Positions 1-10,548 of a stretch of 64,000 nt of DNA are shown here, in pieces (positions within the stretch are counted from its first letter, which is position 1; the number at the start of each line of letters is the position of its first letter). The position numbers and the translations under genes were made by a program. A model generated the notes under the pieces. It saw only the letters and a list, made by a program, of their open reading frames with translations, was not told where the DNA came from and did no database searches. The DNA lies in sequence record NC_070991.1. One strand, given 5' to 3'. The stretch comes from Escherichia phage vB_EcoP_WFI101126.

Positions 1-150
1 GTTCCTGTTAGTGCAGTCCATCCATTAGTCACTACCCCTGCTCCAGTGGAGAAACTTAGTTCACAATGCAAGCAGCGAACCATTCAAAACAACTTGGTTG
101 TTATTTGCCCTGATGCTGAATCTAACGCTCTGAGAAAGATACTACCTTAA
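1..150 (+). CDS. 3' end of an upstream ORF (partial, function unknown)
   Basis: Frame open from window edge to TAA at 148-150; no motif recognised. Confidence 0.25.
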   Translation, partial: VPVSAVHPLVTTPAPVEKLSSQCKQRTIQNNLVVICPDAESNALRKILP

Positions 151-179
151 TTTAAAGGGACCATGAAAGGAGGTTAGAA

Positions 180-671
180 ATGGATAACGTCGCATTGCCA
201 CCTGTACAACTAAACTTAAGCCCAGCTGGAATGGAATTCATCATGAAGCATGAGGGTATGAGAACCAAGGCTTATAAAGATTCCGCAGGTATCTGGACGA
301 TTTGTGTAGGGGCTACGCGCGATATGAATGGTTATCCGGTTAGGCAAGGATTAACATATTCTATAGAGGATTGTCTAGCTCTGCTAGATAGAGACACACA
401 AGACTCTGTTCGTGCTACTCAGAAAAATATAAAGGTTCCTTTGCTCATTCATGAGTTCGATGCACTCACCTCTTTCAACTTTAATGTTGGTAGTGGGGCA
501 CTGAGCACATCTAAGCTAAGGAAAGTTATCAATGGAGATGTTAAGGGTGATATATACTCAGAATTTCTACGTTGGGATAAAATTACGGTGAAAGGAGAGA
601 AGCGGAGAAGTCAGGGTCTTCATAACAGAAGGGTTGCGGAAGCTGATCTTTATACCGAAGGTAAATATTAA
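180..671 (+). CDS. endolysin, T4/lambda-type lysozyme (GH24-like)
   Basis: N-terminal EG.R..AY.D..G.WTI.VG motif with catalytic Glu/Asp/Thr spacing; AGGAGG SD upstream of ATG. Confidence 0.85.
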   Translation: MDNVALPPVQLNLSPAGMEFIMKHEGMRTKAYKDSAGIWTICVGATRDMNGYPVRQGLTYSIEDCLALLDRDTQDSVRATQKNIKVPLLIHEFDALTSFNFNVGSGALSTSKLRKVINGDVKGDIYSEFLRWDKITVKGEKRRSQGLHNRRVAEADLYTEGKY

Positions 672-683
672 TGGAGGTGCCTT

Positions 684-1487
684 TTGGCTATTGAAACTAA
701 TGCGGTCGTGATTACCGACCTGAACCCGCTCTATCCCAGAGATAGGGATTATATCTACGAAGGGGCGGCCCAAATCCGCCTCATTAAACAAACATTAAAG
801 AACACATTCCCTAATGTCACTGAGCCTGTTGAGATTGATTCTGATACCTTTAAGATTATGTCAGAGAAACTCAAATTCACTGGTGATGCGATGGATGTTG
901 GCGGTCTTATGATTAAGAATGCTGCTCCGGGAACTGGAGATAAAGATGTTGTTACTAAAGGCCAGATGGAGGCTTTTATGAACAACTGGATGGAAAATAA
1001 AGTATTCCGTATTGGGTCTTACTATATCACTGAAGAAGATGTTAATCCGGGTGATTCTATCTCTCTTGGGTTTGGCTCTTGGGCTAAAGTTACTGGCGTT
1101 ATCATGGGTACTGGTGTGGTCAACCCTGATGGTACAGTTCCTAATGCCTCTAGGGTTGAGTTTACTTCTGGGGCTACTGGTGGTAGGATCTTCAACACAG
1201 TTCAGACAGAGAACTTACCGTTGATGACTATTAATGGTTCGAGCTTTTCTGTTTCCAGTAACACTCACGCACACAACATTAACTTTGGTCGTGGGGATGC
1301 TAGCGGTCACAACAGTTCCCCTAACTGGTATAGTCCCGGTTCTGGATTTACCCACAGAACAGAGTCTGATACTCACACCCACACAATATCTGGTTCTGTT
1401 AGTTTTGGACGTGACGACATATCTCGTCAACCTATTAACACTTTGCCACCATTCAGAGCGGCTCACATTTGGAGACGTATTAGCTAA
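684..1487 (+). CDS. tail fibre protein with collar-like His-rich motifs
   Basis: TTG start after GGAGG; repeated H-x-H motifs (THAHNINF, HTHTISG) and Gly/Ser-rich beta-type sequence typical of fibre collar domains. Confidence 0.45.
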   Translation: MAIETNAVVITDLNPLYPRDRDYIYEGAAQIRLIKQTLKNTFPNVTEPVEIDSDTFKIMSEKLKFTGDAMDVGGLMIKNAAPGTGDKDVVTKGQMEAFMNNWMENKVFRIGSYYITEEDVNPGDSISLGFGSWAKVTGVIMGTGVVNPDGTVPNASRVEFTSGATGGRIFNTVQTENLPLMTINGSSFSVSSNTHAHNINFGRGDASGHNSSPNWYSPGSGFTHRTESDTHTHTISGSVSFGRDDISRQPINTLPPFRAAHIWRRIS

Positions 1488-1496
1488 GGAGGAATT

Positions 1497-4400
1497 ATGG
1501 CGTTGTATCCAATAAAATCACTCGGTGCTGTCGGTGTTATTGCTGACCAAGCACCTACTGATTTAGCTCCTAATGCTTTCACTAACGCTATAAACGCTCG
1601 GTTTGTTGAGCAGAGAGTTTTTAAGACGGGGGGCAACGCCCCTCTTTCTTACGTAGATGAAGATAAAGACTTAACCCCTCTGTCTTTCATATCTATGCCT
1701 TTCGATTACTATAGTGCAGGTAATAGCTTTCTTATTGTAGGCACTGACAAGAAGCTATATAAACTGACAGATGAAAGCTTGACTGATATCAGCAGAAAAG
1801 TCGCTACGGTGACTAAAAAAGCCTCTGCTACTATCAAAATATATCCTGTGGTCTCTAGGATTACTCCTAAAGAGTCTACTATTTCCATGAACTTCAATCA
1901 AACTAAATCTTTAGAAGTTACAATCTCTCCGGAAGATGCTAATAACCCTGAACTTGTTTGGAGTGTTAGTAACTCTTCTTACGGTCAGATTACTGTAGAC
2001 CCTACTGACTCCAAGAAAGCCTCTTTAACCTCTTTGAATAAAGAAGGCAATCTCGTAGTTACAGTTCAGACTAAAGACGAGTCTGTATCAGCTCAAATTG
2101 CTGTCAACATCATCGATGGAGATTCAGGTATCTTCTTGAGTCAAGATACTGTAACAGTTCGTAAAGGTGGTAATACCACAATAACTGCGGTGACTGGTAA
2201 AACTCCTGTAAGTTGGTCCACTACTAACGGTTCTATCGTTTCTGTGACTCCTAATGCTAACACACTCACGGCAGTGCTTGTTGCTAATGGAGAAGGAACA
2301 GCAACTATCACAGCGGATAACGGAACTAAAACTGCATCATGCGTTGTTAATGTAATACCACAGATTGACAGTATCACTCTGAGTCAAACAGATGTTACCA
2401 TTAACAGAGGGACTCAATATATTCTTACAGCTACAGTATCTCCAACGAATGCTCCTAATAAAAACATAACATGGACTTCCTCTAACCCGAATATTGCTAC
2501 AATATCTGGTACAGGTACAGAGGCAACCATTACTGCGATTACAGCTGGCTTCACTGAGATTACCGCTACTACTCAAGAAGGCAGCAGAACCGCTGTCTGT
2601 ACAGTTCGTGTAGATTTGTCTGGAAGGATGATGAGAACCTCTCTTATGGCTATGTCTTCTACTGAACCAGATGCTCCAGAAGTGGTTGAGGATGTAGTAG
2701 TTCCTGAGTCAGAAGAGGTTTTGTATTTTGCATCACCTTCCTCTGGGATAGATACTACTGGAATGTCTGAAGGGAATAGCTTCTATGATTATTCAAACGT
2801 GGATGACATGGAGGGTTTTGCAAGAGCTTCTCTTTTTGCCACCCCTTTAGATTCTGTAACGTTAGATGTAGTTAGTGCTTCTTTGGATGTAGGAGAGGAG
2901 ATTGTTATTACAGCTACAGCTTCTCCAGAGGGTGATTATTCTTACTTGTGGTCTGTTGATAAGACTGGGTATGTATCGACTACTTCTGTAACTGGCAAGT
3001 CTATCAAACTTACAGCTCTTCGTAAAGGTGAGATTAACATAACATGTTCTGTCAGTCAAATGACACAGAGGGATTATGATGCGTTTGATGATTACCCTTG
3101 GTATCATGCTGTTATATCAAACTGTGTTGTTGCTACTACTCACTATGAAACCCCTCAAGTAAAAGAGTTCGAATCTGAATATTTTACCGATCTTCCGGGA
3201 TGGGGAGAACAAACAGTAGTGGATAACGATGGGAACCCCTCGGTTAAGAAGTTCAACTGGAAGTGTGAAAGGGTTCGCTCTTTTAATAACAGACTCTTTG
3301 CTCTGAATATGAGGGAGTCAAACGCTTCTGGTGTTACAACTAACTACCCGCTCCGTCTTCGTTGGTCTAATTTTGCTAATGAGAACAAAGCTCCTACACT
3401 GTGGGATGACTTTGCCTATGATCGTTTAGTAACATCTGACTTAGCTTCGAATATAGTGGGACAGACTGAGGCTCTGGAAAATGGTTATGCTGGTTACATT
3501 GATTTAGCAGACTCTAACGGGAGTTTAATTGATATCCTACCTCTTAAAGATTACTTGTTCGTTTACACAGAGTTTGAAACGTACATTGGTTCTCCAACTA
3601 ATAACACGTATCAACCACTGATGTTCAAGAAACTCTTTAATGACTCTGGTATCCTTGCCCCTGAGTGTGTAGTAGAAGTTGAAGGCAGTCACTTCGTTGT
3701 TACTCAGAACGACGTGATTCTACACAACGGTGCAACTAAGAAGTCAATTGCTTCCAACCGTGTCAAGAATATGTTGATTAATGAGATATGTCTGGTCAAC
3801 CCGTTAGCTACCAGAGTTCACTTACATCAAGATAAAAAAGAGGTTTGGATTCTTTATGTAGGTCCGGGAGAGCCTAAGGAAAGCTATGCTTGTACTAAAG
3901 CTGCTGTATGGAATTACGAGTTTGATACTTGGTCTTTCCGTACAATACCTTACGCTCAGTGTATTGGTTTGGTTGATCCCCCTGTTCTTGAGAGAGGTCC
4001 AATCTGGGCTGATTTCCAAGAAATCTCTTGGGATGATCCGTCAATAAAAGAGCTAGTCTGGAGGAAAGATGCAACAAACTTCCGTCAGAGGATAACCATA
4101 GTAGGTTCTTTCTTACGTGGATTCTATCAAGTGGATATTGGTGCTTTAGATTATTTCTATGATAGACTCAATGATACTGTTATAGAAAAACCCTTGGAGA
4201 TGAGGTTAGAGAGAACAGGCATTGATTTTGATAATGTCACTAATGAATGGAATCAGAAGCATGTCAACAGATTCAGACCTCAAACAACAGGTTCTGGAAC
4301 TTATGTATTCGAAGCAGGAGGCAGTCAATTCTCAAACGAATATGGTCATCCACACACATCTAAAACATACACAATCGGTGTTGATAGGCATGTCTCTGTG

Positions 4401-4508
4401 AGACTGAACCATCCATACCTTTTCTATAATGTTATAGATAATGATGTTAACAGTAATGCTGCTATCAATGGTTTAACGATAGAGTTTGCTGTTGGCGGGC
4501 GGAGATAA
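1497..4508 (+). CDS. large virion protein with tandem bacterial Ig-like (Big_2) domains, tail spike/decoration-like
   Basis: 1003 aa; three Big_2-like repeats (e.g. LTATVSPTNAPNKNITWTSSNPNIATIS...TAVCTVRV); AGGAGG SD. Confidence 0.55.
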   Translation: MALYPIKSLGAVGVIADQAPTDLAPNAFTNAINARFVEQRVFKTGGNAPLSYVDEDKDLTPLSFISMPFDYYSAGNSFLIVGTDKKLYKLTDESLTDISRKVATVTKKASATIKIYPVVSRITPKESTISMNFNQTKSLEVTISPEDANNPELVWSVSNSSYGQITVDPTDSKKASLTSLNKEGNLVVTVQTKDESVSAQIAVNIIDGDSGIFLSQDTVTVRKGGNTTITAVTGKTPVSWSTTNGSIVSVTPNANTLTAVLVANGEGTATITADNGTKTASCVVNVIPQIDSITLSQTDVTINRGTQYILTATVSPTNAPNKNITWTSSNPNIATISGTGTEATITAITAGFTEITATTQEGSRTAVCTVRVDLSGRMMRTSLMAMSSTEPDAPEVVEDVVVPESEEVLYFASPSSGIDTTGMSEGNSFYDYSNVDDMEGFARASLFATPLDSVTLDVVSASLDVGEEIVITATASPEGDYSYLWSVDKTGYVSTTSVTGKSIKLTALRKGEINITCSVSQMTQRDYDAFDDYPWYHAVISNCVVATTHYETPQVKEFESEYFTDLPGWGEQTVVDNDGNPSVKKFNWKCERVRSFNNRLFALNMRESNASGVTTNYPLRLRWSNFANENKAPTLWDDFAYDRLVTSDLASNIVGQTEALENGYAGYIDLADSNGSLIDILPLKDYLFVYTEFETYIGSPTNNTYQPLMFKKLFNDSGILAPECVVEVEGSHFVVTQNDVILHNGATKKSIASNRVKNMLINEICLVNPLATRVHLHQDKKEVWILYVGPGEPKESYACTKAAVWNYEFDTWSFRTIPYAQCIGLVDPPVLERGPIWADFQEISWDDPSIKELVWRKDATNFRQRITIVGSFLRGFYQVDIGALDYFYDRLNDTVIEKPLEMRLERTGIDFDNVTNEWNQKHVNRFRPQTTGSGTYVFEAGGSQFSNEYGHPHTSKTYTIGVDRHVSVRLNHPYLFYNVIDNDVNSNAAINGLTIEFAVGGRR

Positions 4509-4513
4509 CAACA

Positions 4514-4541
4514 AGGGGCTTCGTGCCCCTTTTATTGTTTT
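4514..4541 (+). terminator. intrinsic terminator/attenuator inside late operon
   Basis: GGGGC-ttcgt-GCCCC hairpin followed by TTTTATTGTTTT immediately after stop of 1497..4508. Confidence 0.5.
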
Positions 4542-4551
4542 GGAGGAACTT

Positions 4552-5562
4552 ATGGGTGCAGGTGGTTTTCGTAAGAACACAGGTCGCAACAACACCACAC
4601 TCCCGTACAACGTTGGGTTTCTCAATAATGTACAGGATACAGAAAATTATAACGTGGCTGTGTATGATGAACTACAGAAAGTAAGCACAGCTACTAATCA
4701 GATGTTCCAAGCTATAGATGAGATTCATGATGAAATTGATGTTCGTATCAAAGCTCTAAATGCGATGAATCTACAGTTTGATGAACTTGAGAATAGAATC
4801 ACTACAGAGATTGAAACTGCTATTGCAGATATTCAAACACAGATGGGTAATCTATCCACTGATGACATTTGGGATAACTCAGTACAACCACCTGTCAAGC
4901 TTGAAAGTTCTATTTCAGGGATTAAGACGAGCATTGAAGGGAATGACTTAAAGATTCAAACTGTTCAAGGCATCGTCAATGATCAAGGGGAGGAGATAGC
5001 TCTAGTCCAAACAGAACTGACTTCACAGGGGCAACAGATTACAGATGTTGATGGAAGAGTTACTACAGTACAAAACTCTCTTTCTCAATATATGAAGTTA
5101 TCCGAATATGAAGCCACTTGGGGTGTCAACTCTTCTGTAAACGGAAAATATGCTGGGGTTAAATTGACTAACAATGGAGTTAACAGCAAGTTCCAAGTAA
5201 CAGCAGATAAGTTTGTTGTTGGTAATGGAACAACAGGGAACACTCCTTTTGTTTTTGAAAATGGTAGAGCAAAGATGGAGTTTGCTGATATAAAAAATGT
5301 CAACATAACTACTGCTCAGGTCGCTAATGCTAGAATACAGTGGGCCCAAATTGATAATGTCAACATCACAAACGCACAAATTCAGAGTTTGTCCGCTGAT
5401 AAAATTACAGCTGGTTCTATGAGTGGGTCTAATTGGAGACTAACTGTTGGTGGTGATTTTGTCTTGGGTGGTACGGGTGGTTCTCAATTATGGATGAATG
5501 GAAGCAGAATGGATTTTTATGATGGAAGTGGTGTTCTCAGAATAAGAATAGGGAGTTGGTAA
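4552..5562 (+). CDS. tail fibre protein (coiled-coil shaft)
   Basis: ATG 7 nt after GGAGG; heptad-rich middle region; C-terminal repeated NVNITxAQ motifs; track ORF start at 4486 spans the terminator so 4552 preferred. Confidence 0.5.
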   Translation: MGAGGFRKNTGRNNTTLPYNVGFLNNVQDTENYNVAVYDELQKVSTATNQMFQAIDEIHDEIDVRIKALNAMNLQFDELENRITTEIETAIADIQTQMGNLSTDDIWDNSVQPPVKLESSISGIKTSIEGNDLKIQTVQGIVNDQGEEIALVQTELTSQGQQITDVDGRVTTVQNSLSQYMKLSEYEATWGVNSSVNGKYAGVKLTNNGVNSKFQVTADKFVVGNGTTGNTPFVFENGRAKMEFADIKNVNITTAQVANARIQWAQIDNVNITNAQIQSLSADKITAGSMSGSNWRLTVGGDFVLGGTGGSQLWMNGSRMDFYDGSGVLRIRIGSW

Positions 5563-5563
5563 C

Positions 5564-6598
5564 ATGGCTTATGGAATATGGACAAGACCTGCTGGACCTG
5601 GACCTGCGGCAGCTTCTGACATTTATATTGACAGCAATACAACTTTCCCACAACTTAAGAATAGGGTTAGTGGTAATTATAACTTTAATGGGGGCAGTAG
5701 AGATTTCCCTATTTCTGGATGGGATGGCTCAGGCCAAATCGTTGTAGTCCCTACCGGCTCTTTGTGTTGGCAATGGGAAGTCCCTCCTAACCTCGTCCCT
5801 GATGTGTATGTTGTAAACAATATCAGTATTGTAAATAACTCAACTTTCAGGGTTAGCATAAACATGAATCCCGGAAGTAACCCGCTGTTTGACGTGGCTT
5901 TCAATGTATATCAAATATGGCCTAGAGCCAATAGAAACTATGGTATAACCTTTTCAAACACAGCTGATTACTTCTCTATATCAGATGCTGGAGTTGTTGG
6001 TCAATGCATTTGGGCTTGGGAAGGAAATATTAATGGCTCTATGCAAGTTCCTGCCATTAGTGGTTTTGATATGTCAAGAGCTTCGGTATTTGCTAACTGG
6101 TCTGGAGGGCAAGGTTTACTATACGATGCAGGTAGTCGTAATATCAGAGTTTATCAAAATAGAACATACGACAATGGAAACAACAACCAAACAGGTACAA
6201 TTAACAATGTTAGGGTTGCAGTATTCTGTGATGGGGCTGGAGTCCCTACGCACAACGGTGGATTGAATATCTACTCACCTAATGGTTCTCAATGCGTATT
6301 TTCTACTTACAGGACGCCTTTTATAGTTGATCGTTTTATGGCTATGAGTGGAGGGGATACTGGATTATCATACCCTATGATTCCTCTGACAAATGGGGCT
6401 GGTTCGATTAGAGGTCAAGCTGGTAGTTGGTATTTCCAACACGCAAGATCCCATATAATGAACGGGTCTTCTTTTGGCACAGGGTATGGTCGATATATGT
6501 TCCAGTGGGATAGAAGTTACGATATGGGTGGTGGTGGAGCTATCTCCCTTCAGGTTCCAGTGCTAGATGCTAGGAAGATTTTTAGAAGCATACAATAA
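5564..6598 (+). CDS. putative tail fibre / receptor-binding protein
   Basis: Gly/Asn/Ser-rich beta-type composition, position in fibre cluster; no catalytic motif. Confidence 0.35.
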   Translation: MAYGIWTRPAGPGPAAASDIYIDSNTTFPQLKNRVSGNYNFNGGSRDFPISGWDGSGQIVVVPTGSLCWQWEVPPNLVPDVYVVNNISIVNNSTFRVSINMNPGSNPLFDVAFNVYQIWPRANRNYGITFSNTADYFSISDAGVVGQCIWAWEGNINGSMQVPAISGFDMSRASVFANWSGGQGLLYDAGSRNIRVYQNRTYDNGNNNQTGTINNVRVAVFCDGAGVPTHNGGLNIYSPNGSQCVFSTYRTPFIVDRFMAMSGGDTGLSYPMIPLTNGAGSIRGQAGSWYFQHARSHIMNGSSFGTGYGRYMFQWDRSYDMGGGGAISLQVPVLDARKIFRSIQ

Positions 6599-6607
6599 GG
6601 AGAACTT

Positions 6608-7390
6608 ATGGCAATTAGAATGGGTATAGAAGAACTAGACCCGATGGTTCAACAGGCTTCAAAGAAGTATGGTATACCAGCTGCTTTGATTCATGCTGTA
6701 ATTCAAAGGGAGTCTAGTGGTCGTCCTAAGGTGGCTTCCGGAACTGGTCCTGTTGGTTTGATGCAGATCAGTAAAGGGTTAGCCAAAGATTATGGTTACA
6801 AGCTAGAAGATAGGCTTGACCCAGCCAAGAATATCGATATGGGTGCTCGTTACATCAGAGATAACCTGAAAGCTTTTAATGGTGATGTTAGGAAGGCAAT
6901 GGTTGGCTACTCAGAGGGAACTGGTGGTGCTAAGCAGATGTTCGCTGGTAAGAAAGGATTTACCCCTCAGGCTCTTGACTCAATGAACAACAAACACTTT
7001 CTTCCTTTCTATGGTGATGCAGCTTCTCAGATTGCTAACCCTATTGGGGCTTTACAAGCTGTTCAACCAGTTAATCAGTTTAATCCTGACTTGTTAGACA
7101 GAGAGAAGGCTGCACAAGCTCCAACTCAGGCAGAGATTGCTGCTTCTAAGACAGGTGCTTTAGGAGGTAATCCTGTAGAGTTCTACTCTGATGAAGTGCA
7201 GGAAGGAGAAGATCAGAAGCCTCAACAGAACTTTGGTAATGCAGTATTAGGGGTAGCTGCTATGCTTGCTGGTAAACCTCCTACTTCTCAAACAGTTCAG
7301 AGGGCAAGTGCACCACATGCAGCAGGTTCTCAGTACAGTCCACAAACACAAGCAGTGCTCAGACGTTTGGCTAGCATTGGTGTAAAGTAA
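6608..7390 (+). CDS. virion-associated lytic transglycosylase (SLT domain)
   Basis: SLT signature LIHAVIQRESSGRP...GPVGLMQI with catalytic Glu-Ser; Gln/Ala-rich C-terminal tail. Confidence 0.8.
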   Translation: MAIRMGIEELDPMVQQASKKYGIPAALIHAVIQRESSGRPKVASGTGPVGLMQISKGLAKDYGYKLEDRLDPAKNIDMGARYIRDNLKAFNGDVRKAMVGYSEGTGGAKQMFAGKKGFTPQALDSMNNKHFLPFYGDAASQIANPIGALQAVQPVNQFNPDLLDREKAAQAPTQAEIAASKTGALGGNPVEFYSDEVQEGEDQKPQQNFGNAVLGVAAMLAGKPPTSQTVQRASAPHAAGSQYSPQTQAVLRRLASIGVK

Positions 7391-7409
7391 TAATCTTTAA
7401 GGAGGACTT

Positions 7410-8462
7410 ATGTCTTTATTTGGAAAATCAGCTTCTAGCAAAACCACAGTGGCTCCTTCCTCTCAGGTTGATGCCCTGCTGAAGCAGATTGTTGCTAATG
7501 CTCAGAATATGCAGAACAACGATCCGGGATTCATTTCCCAACAGCTGGCTGGGTTTAATGGCAACCAACAGGGTGCTCTGAATAATTTGGCAGCTTCTAC
7601 AACTCAGAAGCAACTAGCTGATATGTACACGCCTCGTACTCAGCAAGGGTTGGACCAACTAAACTCTCTTGCCCAACAGTATCAGGATATCATAAACGGT
7701 GGCGGTATAACTGCTGATGGTGTTAATAACTTTAATAAAGGGTTGAATAATTCAGCTCTTGCTCAAGCCACTAGTAAAGCAGCTTCCAACGTATCTCTCG
7801 GGAATGGCTCTGATTCAGGTTCTCTTCGTAGAGCTGCTGCTCAGGGTGCTGCTTTGAATGGTGCTAATACAAACCTAGCTCGAACTATCAATGGAAAGAA
7901 TATGGGAATTAATGCCCTTCAACAAGACCAAAACTTCCAGAGAGGCTTACTTGGTGCTCAGTCGGGGTTAGCTGGACAGAACCTTAATCTTGGTGCACAA
8001 GGTGTTCAGGCAACCCAACAAGCTATCCAGAATCAACTCTTGGCTGGTAATTTACAACAGCTACAAGATCAAGCTCAAGCTGACATTAATTGGCAGAATG
8101 CTATTGGCTCTAGGCAGTATGGATGGAATCAGCTTAACAACCAGCTTAATGTATTAAACAGTGTAAGTCCAATGGCTGGATATACAATTAAGAATGCCGC
8201 TCCGGGTGTTAACACAGGACAGCAGATTCTTGGTGCTGGTATTACCGGATTAGGTATTGCAGGTCGTATGGGCGCTTTCTCTCCTAACCAACAGACTCAA
8301 AATGCTTGGAGTTCCTATAACAACTCAGGTGGTCAATCTGGAATGGCTGGTCCTATGATTGGAGGTTCTAATCTCTCTCAACAGAGAAGTCAGTCTAACT
8401 GGTTATCCACAGCAGGTAGTAATATCTTAGGTGGCGTCTTAGGGGCATTCGGAGCAAACTAA
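7410..8462 (+). CDS. Gln/Asn/Gly-rich internal virion protein
   Basis: Low-complexity Q/N/G-rich protein; N-terminus paralogous to 8475..9443. Confidence 0.4.
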   Translation: MSLFGKSASSKTTVAPSSQVDALLKQIVANAQNMQNNDPGFISQQLAGFNGNQQGALNNLAASTTQKQLADMYTPRTQQGLDQLNSLAQQYQDIINGGGITADGVNNFNKGLNNSALAQATSKAASNVSLGNGSDSGSLRRAAAQGAALNGANTNLARTINGKNMGINALQQDQNFQRGLLGAQSGLAGQNLNLGAQGVQATQQAIQNQLLAGNLQQLQDQAQADINWQNAIGSRQYGWNQLNNQLNVLNSVSPMAGYTIKNAAPGVNTGQQILGAGITGLGIAGRMGAFSPNQQTQNAWSSYNNSGGQSGMAGPMIGGSNLSQQRSQSNWLSTAGSNILGGVLGAFGAN

Positions 8463-8474
8463 AGGAGATTTAAT

Positions 8475-9443
8475 ATGGCTTTATTTGGAGGAGGGAATAG
8501 TAAAACTACTTCCCAAATGATTCGCCCTGAATACATTCAACAGTATATTGACCAGCTTAATAAGCAGATTGGTAATACCAGTTCAGGGGATTATGTTTAT
8601 CGAGACAATGTAGGGTTTAATAACAACCAGACGGAGGCACTTAACAACTTAGCACAATCTGGTGCTCTAGGAACTCTCTCACAGCAATATATGGATGCAG
8701 CAGGTCAAGGGTTAGGGTATCTGGATAATGCCTATAAAGGTTATCAGAGCCTCTCTGGACAAGGTGGGATTACTGGAGAACAGATTGGTGCTCTCGCTGG
8801 TCAACTGTATGATGACGATGCTGTGCAAGCAGCTATTACAGCTAATAATGAGCAGGTTCAACAGAACTTGGCACGTAATGCGCTTCCTCAGTTAGCTCAA
8901 CAGTTTGCTGGTCAACAAGGCTCAGGTGCTCGTATGGCTAAGTCTTTTGCCCAAGGTGATGCTCTGAATCAGATGCAAGGGCAAGCAACAGATATTACCA
9001 ATAGTGCCTATAACTCTGCTATTAGCCAAGCTGAAAGTATCCTCTCTGGTAATAGGCAGAATCAGGCAGCTGCTCTCTCAGGTCTTTCTAATATTGGTTC
9101 TAACCTTTCTAACCTAGGTCAGCAGGGTGCTAATTTGTCTCAACAGCAAATGATGAATCAATGGAATGCAGGGTTGCAGCAACAACAGCAACAACAGAAT
9201 GAATATGATAATGCCTACCAGAATGCTCAGAACGCAGCTAATTGGGGATGGCAGGATATCAACAACCAACTCGGTGCAGCAGGTGTACTTAACGGTGCTC
9301 TCGGACAAACTACAACTACTAAAACATCTGGTGGCAAAGGTGGTTTCCTTGGTGGAGCTATGAGTGGTGCAGCAGCAGGTTCTTCCTTTGGGCCTTGGGG
9401 TGCATTAGCTGGGGGTGTAATCGGTGGGTTGGCTAGTACTTAA
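8475..9443 (+). CDS. Gln/Asn/Gly-rich internal virion protein (tandem paralog)
   Basis: Shares N-terminal pattern (M.LFG...S.TT...ALNNLA) with 7410..8462. Confidence 0.4.
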   Translation: MALFGGGNSKTTSQMIRPEYIQQYIDQLNKQIGNTSSGDYVYRDNVGFNNNQTEALNNLAQSGALGTLSQQYMDAAGQGLGYLDNAYKGYQSLSGQGGITGEQIGALAGQLYDDDAVQAAITANNEQVQQNLARNALPQLAQQFAGQQGSGARMAKSFAQGDALNQMQGQATDITNSAYNSAISQAESILSGNRQNQAAALSGLSNIGSNLSNLGQQGANLSQQQMMNQWNAGLQQQQQQQNEYDNAYQNAQNAANWGWQDINNQLGAAGVLNGALGQTTTTKTSGGKGGFLGGAMSGAAAGSSFGPWGALAGGVIGGLAST

Positions 9444-9456
9444 TTAGGAGATAAAT

Positions 9457-10548
9457 ATGCAACAGACAACTTACGCTCAGGTTAGAAGTCGTGACCCGAG
9501 AAATACTTTCTATGGTGTTAATCCGGGAGCGGCTTCGGCCTCTCCTTATATGGCTAGACCGACTCAGACAGCAGACATTTCTATGTACCAACGTCCTGCT
9601 GTACCTTCATCTCTTGCGGGTCTTGTCTCTCAGGCAGAAGAAGATCAGAATGCTATGATTAATCCGGGATTTCAGCAACGCCTTATGGAACAGCAGAGTC
9701 AAGGAATCCCTACCAGTCTTCAGGGTATTGATATTGGAGCACCAGCCCCTGTAGCGGCTAATCCTAACCTATCCACTGATCAAGGTTTACAAGATGCAGG
9801 GCTTATGCCTAGTGACCCTCTTCCGGTAACACCTCCCCCTAAACCACTAGAAGCCGGTCCTATGGAATTTACTCCTTCTCAGGTGGAACAGGCACAAGGT
9901 GTGATTAACACTCTTGCTCAAGGACAAGACACTGGTGATGGGATGACTGCTGCTACTCGTGCTAAAGATCAGGAACGTGTTAACAACGATATCTTGCAAG
10001 TTGCGAAAGCTAAAGACCCTTCGGAAGCTTGGAACAAACTACAGAAAGAACCGTTCTATCAGAACTCTAGTTTCTATACAGGTTTGATGGGTGTAGGTCT
10101 TTCAATCATGTCAGATAAATCTCCTATCGAAGCTTTCCAGATTGGTCAGGGAATGGCTAATCAGGATGAGACTAAGAAGCAACTGGAAGCTAACCGTGAT
10201 GCCCTGATTGAACAAGGTTTCTCTCAAGACTCAATCGCAGCTGCTATTGCTAACGGAGATCCTTCTCTGCTGAAGATGAAAGCTGTAGACCCTGCTCAGA
10301 AAGAAGCGTTGTATGCTGCTCGTGAAGAACGACAGAATGCTGAATGGGACAGACGTCAACAGATTCAAGAGCAGACTATGCGTGAGCGTGCTGAGGAAAC
10401 TCGTCGTGCCGCTGAAGAAAGAGCTAATATGAACTTTGAACGTCAGAAAGAGTTGATTGGATATCGTGATCAAGTTAAGGCTGAACGTGCTGAACAAGCT
10501 GCTCAGAGTTTTAACTTCAACCCGAAAGAAGTCCGTCTTGCGTGCTGA
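9457..10548 (+). CDS. internal virion protein, 5' portion truncated by tandem duplication
   Basis: ORF reads through copy 1 of a 55-bp repeat and stops at TGA inside copy 2. Confidence 0.5.
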   Translation: MQQTTYAQVRSRDPRNTFYGVNPGAASASPYMARPTQTADISMYQRPAVPSSLAGLVSQAEEDQNAMINPGFQQRLMEQQSQGIPTSLQGIDIGAPAPVAANPNLSTDQGLQDAGLMPSDPLPVTPPPKPLEAGPMEFTPSQVEQAQGVINTLAQGQDTGDGMTAATRAKDQERVNNDILQVAKAKDPSEAWNKLQKEPFYQNSSFYTGLMGVGLSIMSDKSPIEAFQIGQGMANQDETKKQLEANRDALIEQGFSQDSIAAAIANGDPSLLKMKAVDPAQKEALYAAREERQNAEWDRRQQIQEQTMRERAEETRRAAEERANMNFERQKELIGYRDQVKAERAEQAAQSFNFNPKEVRLAC

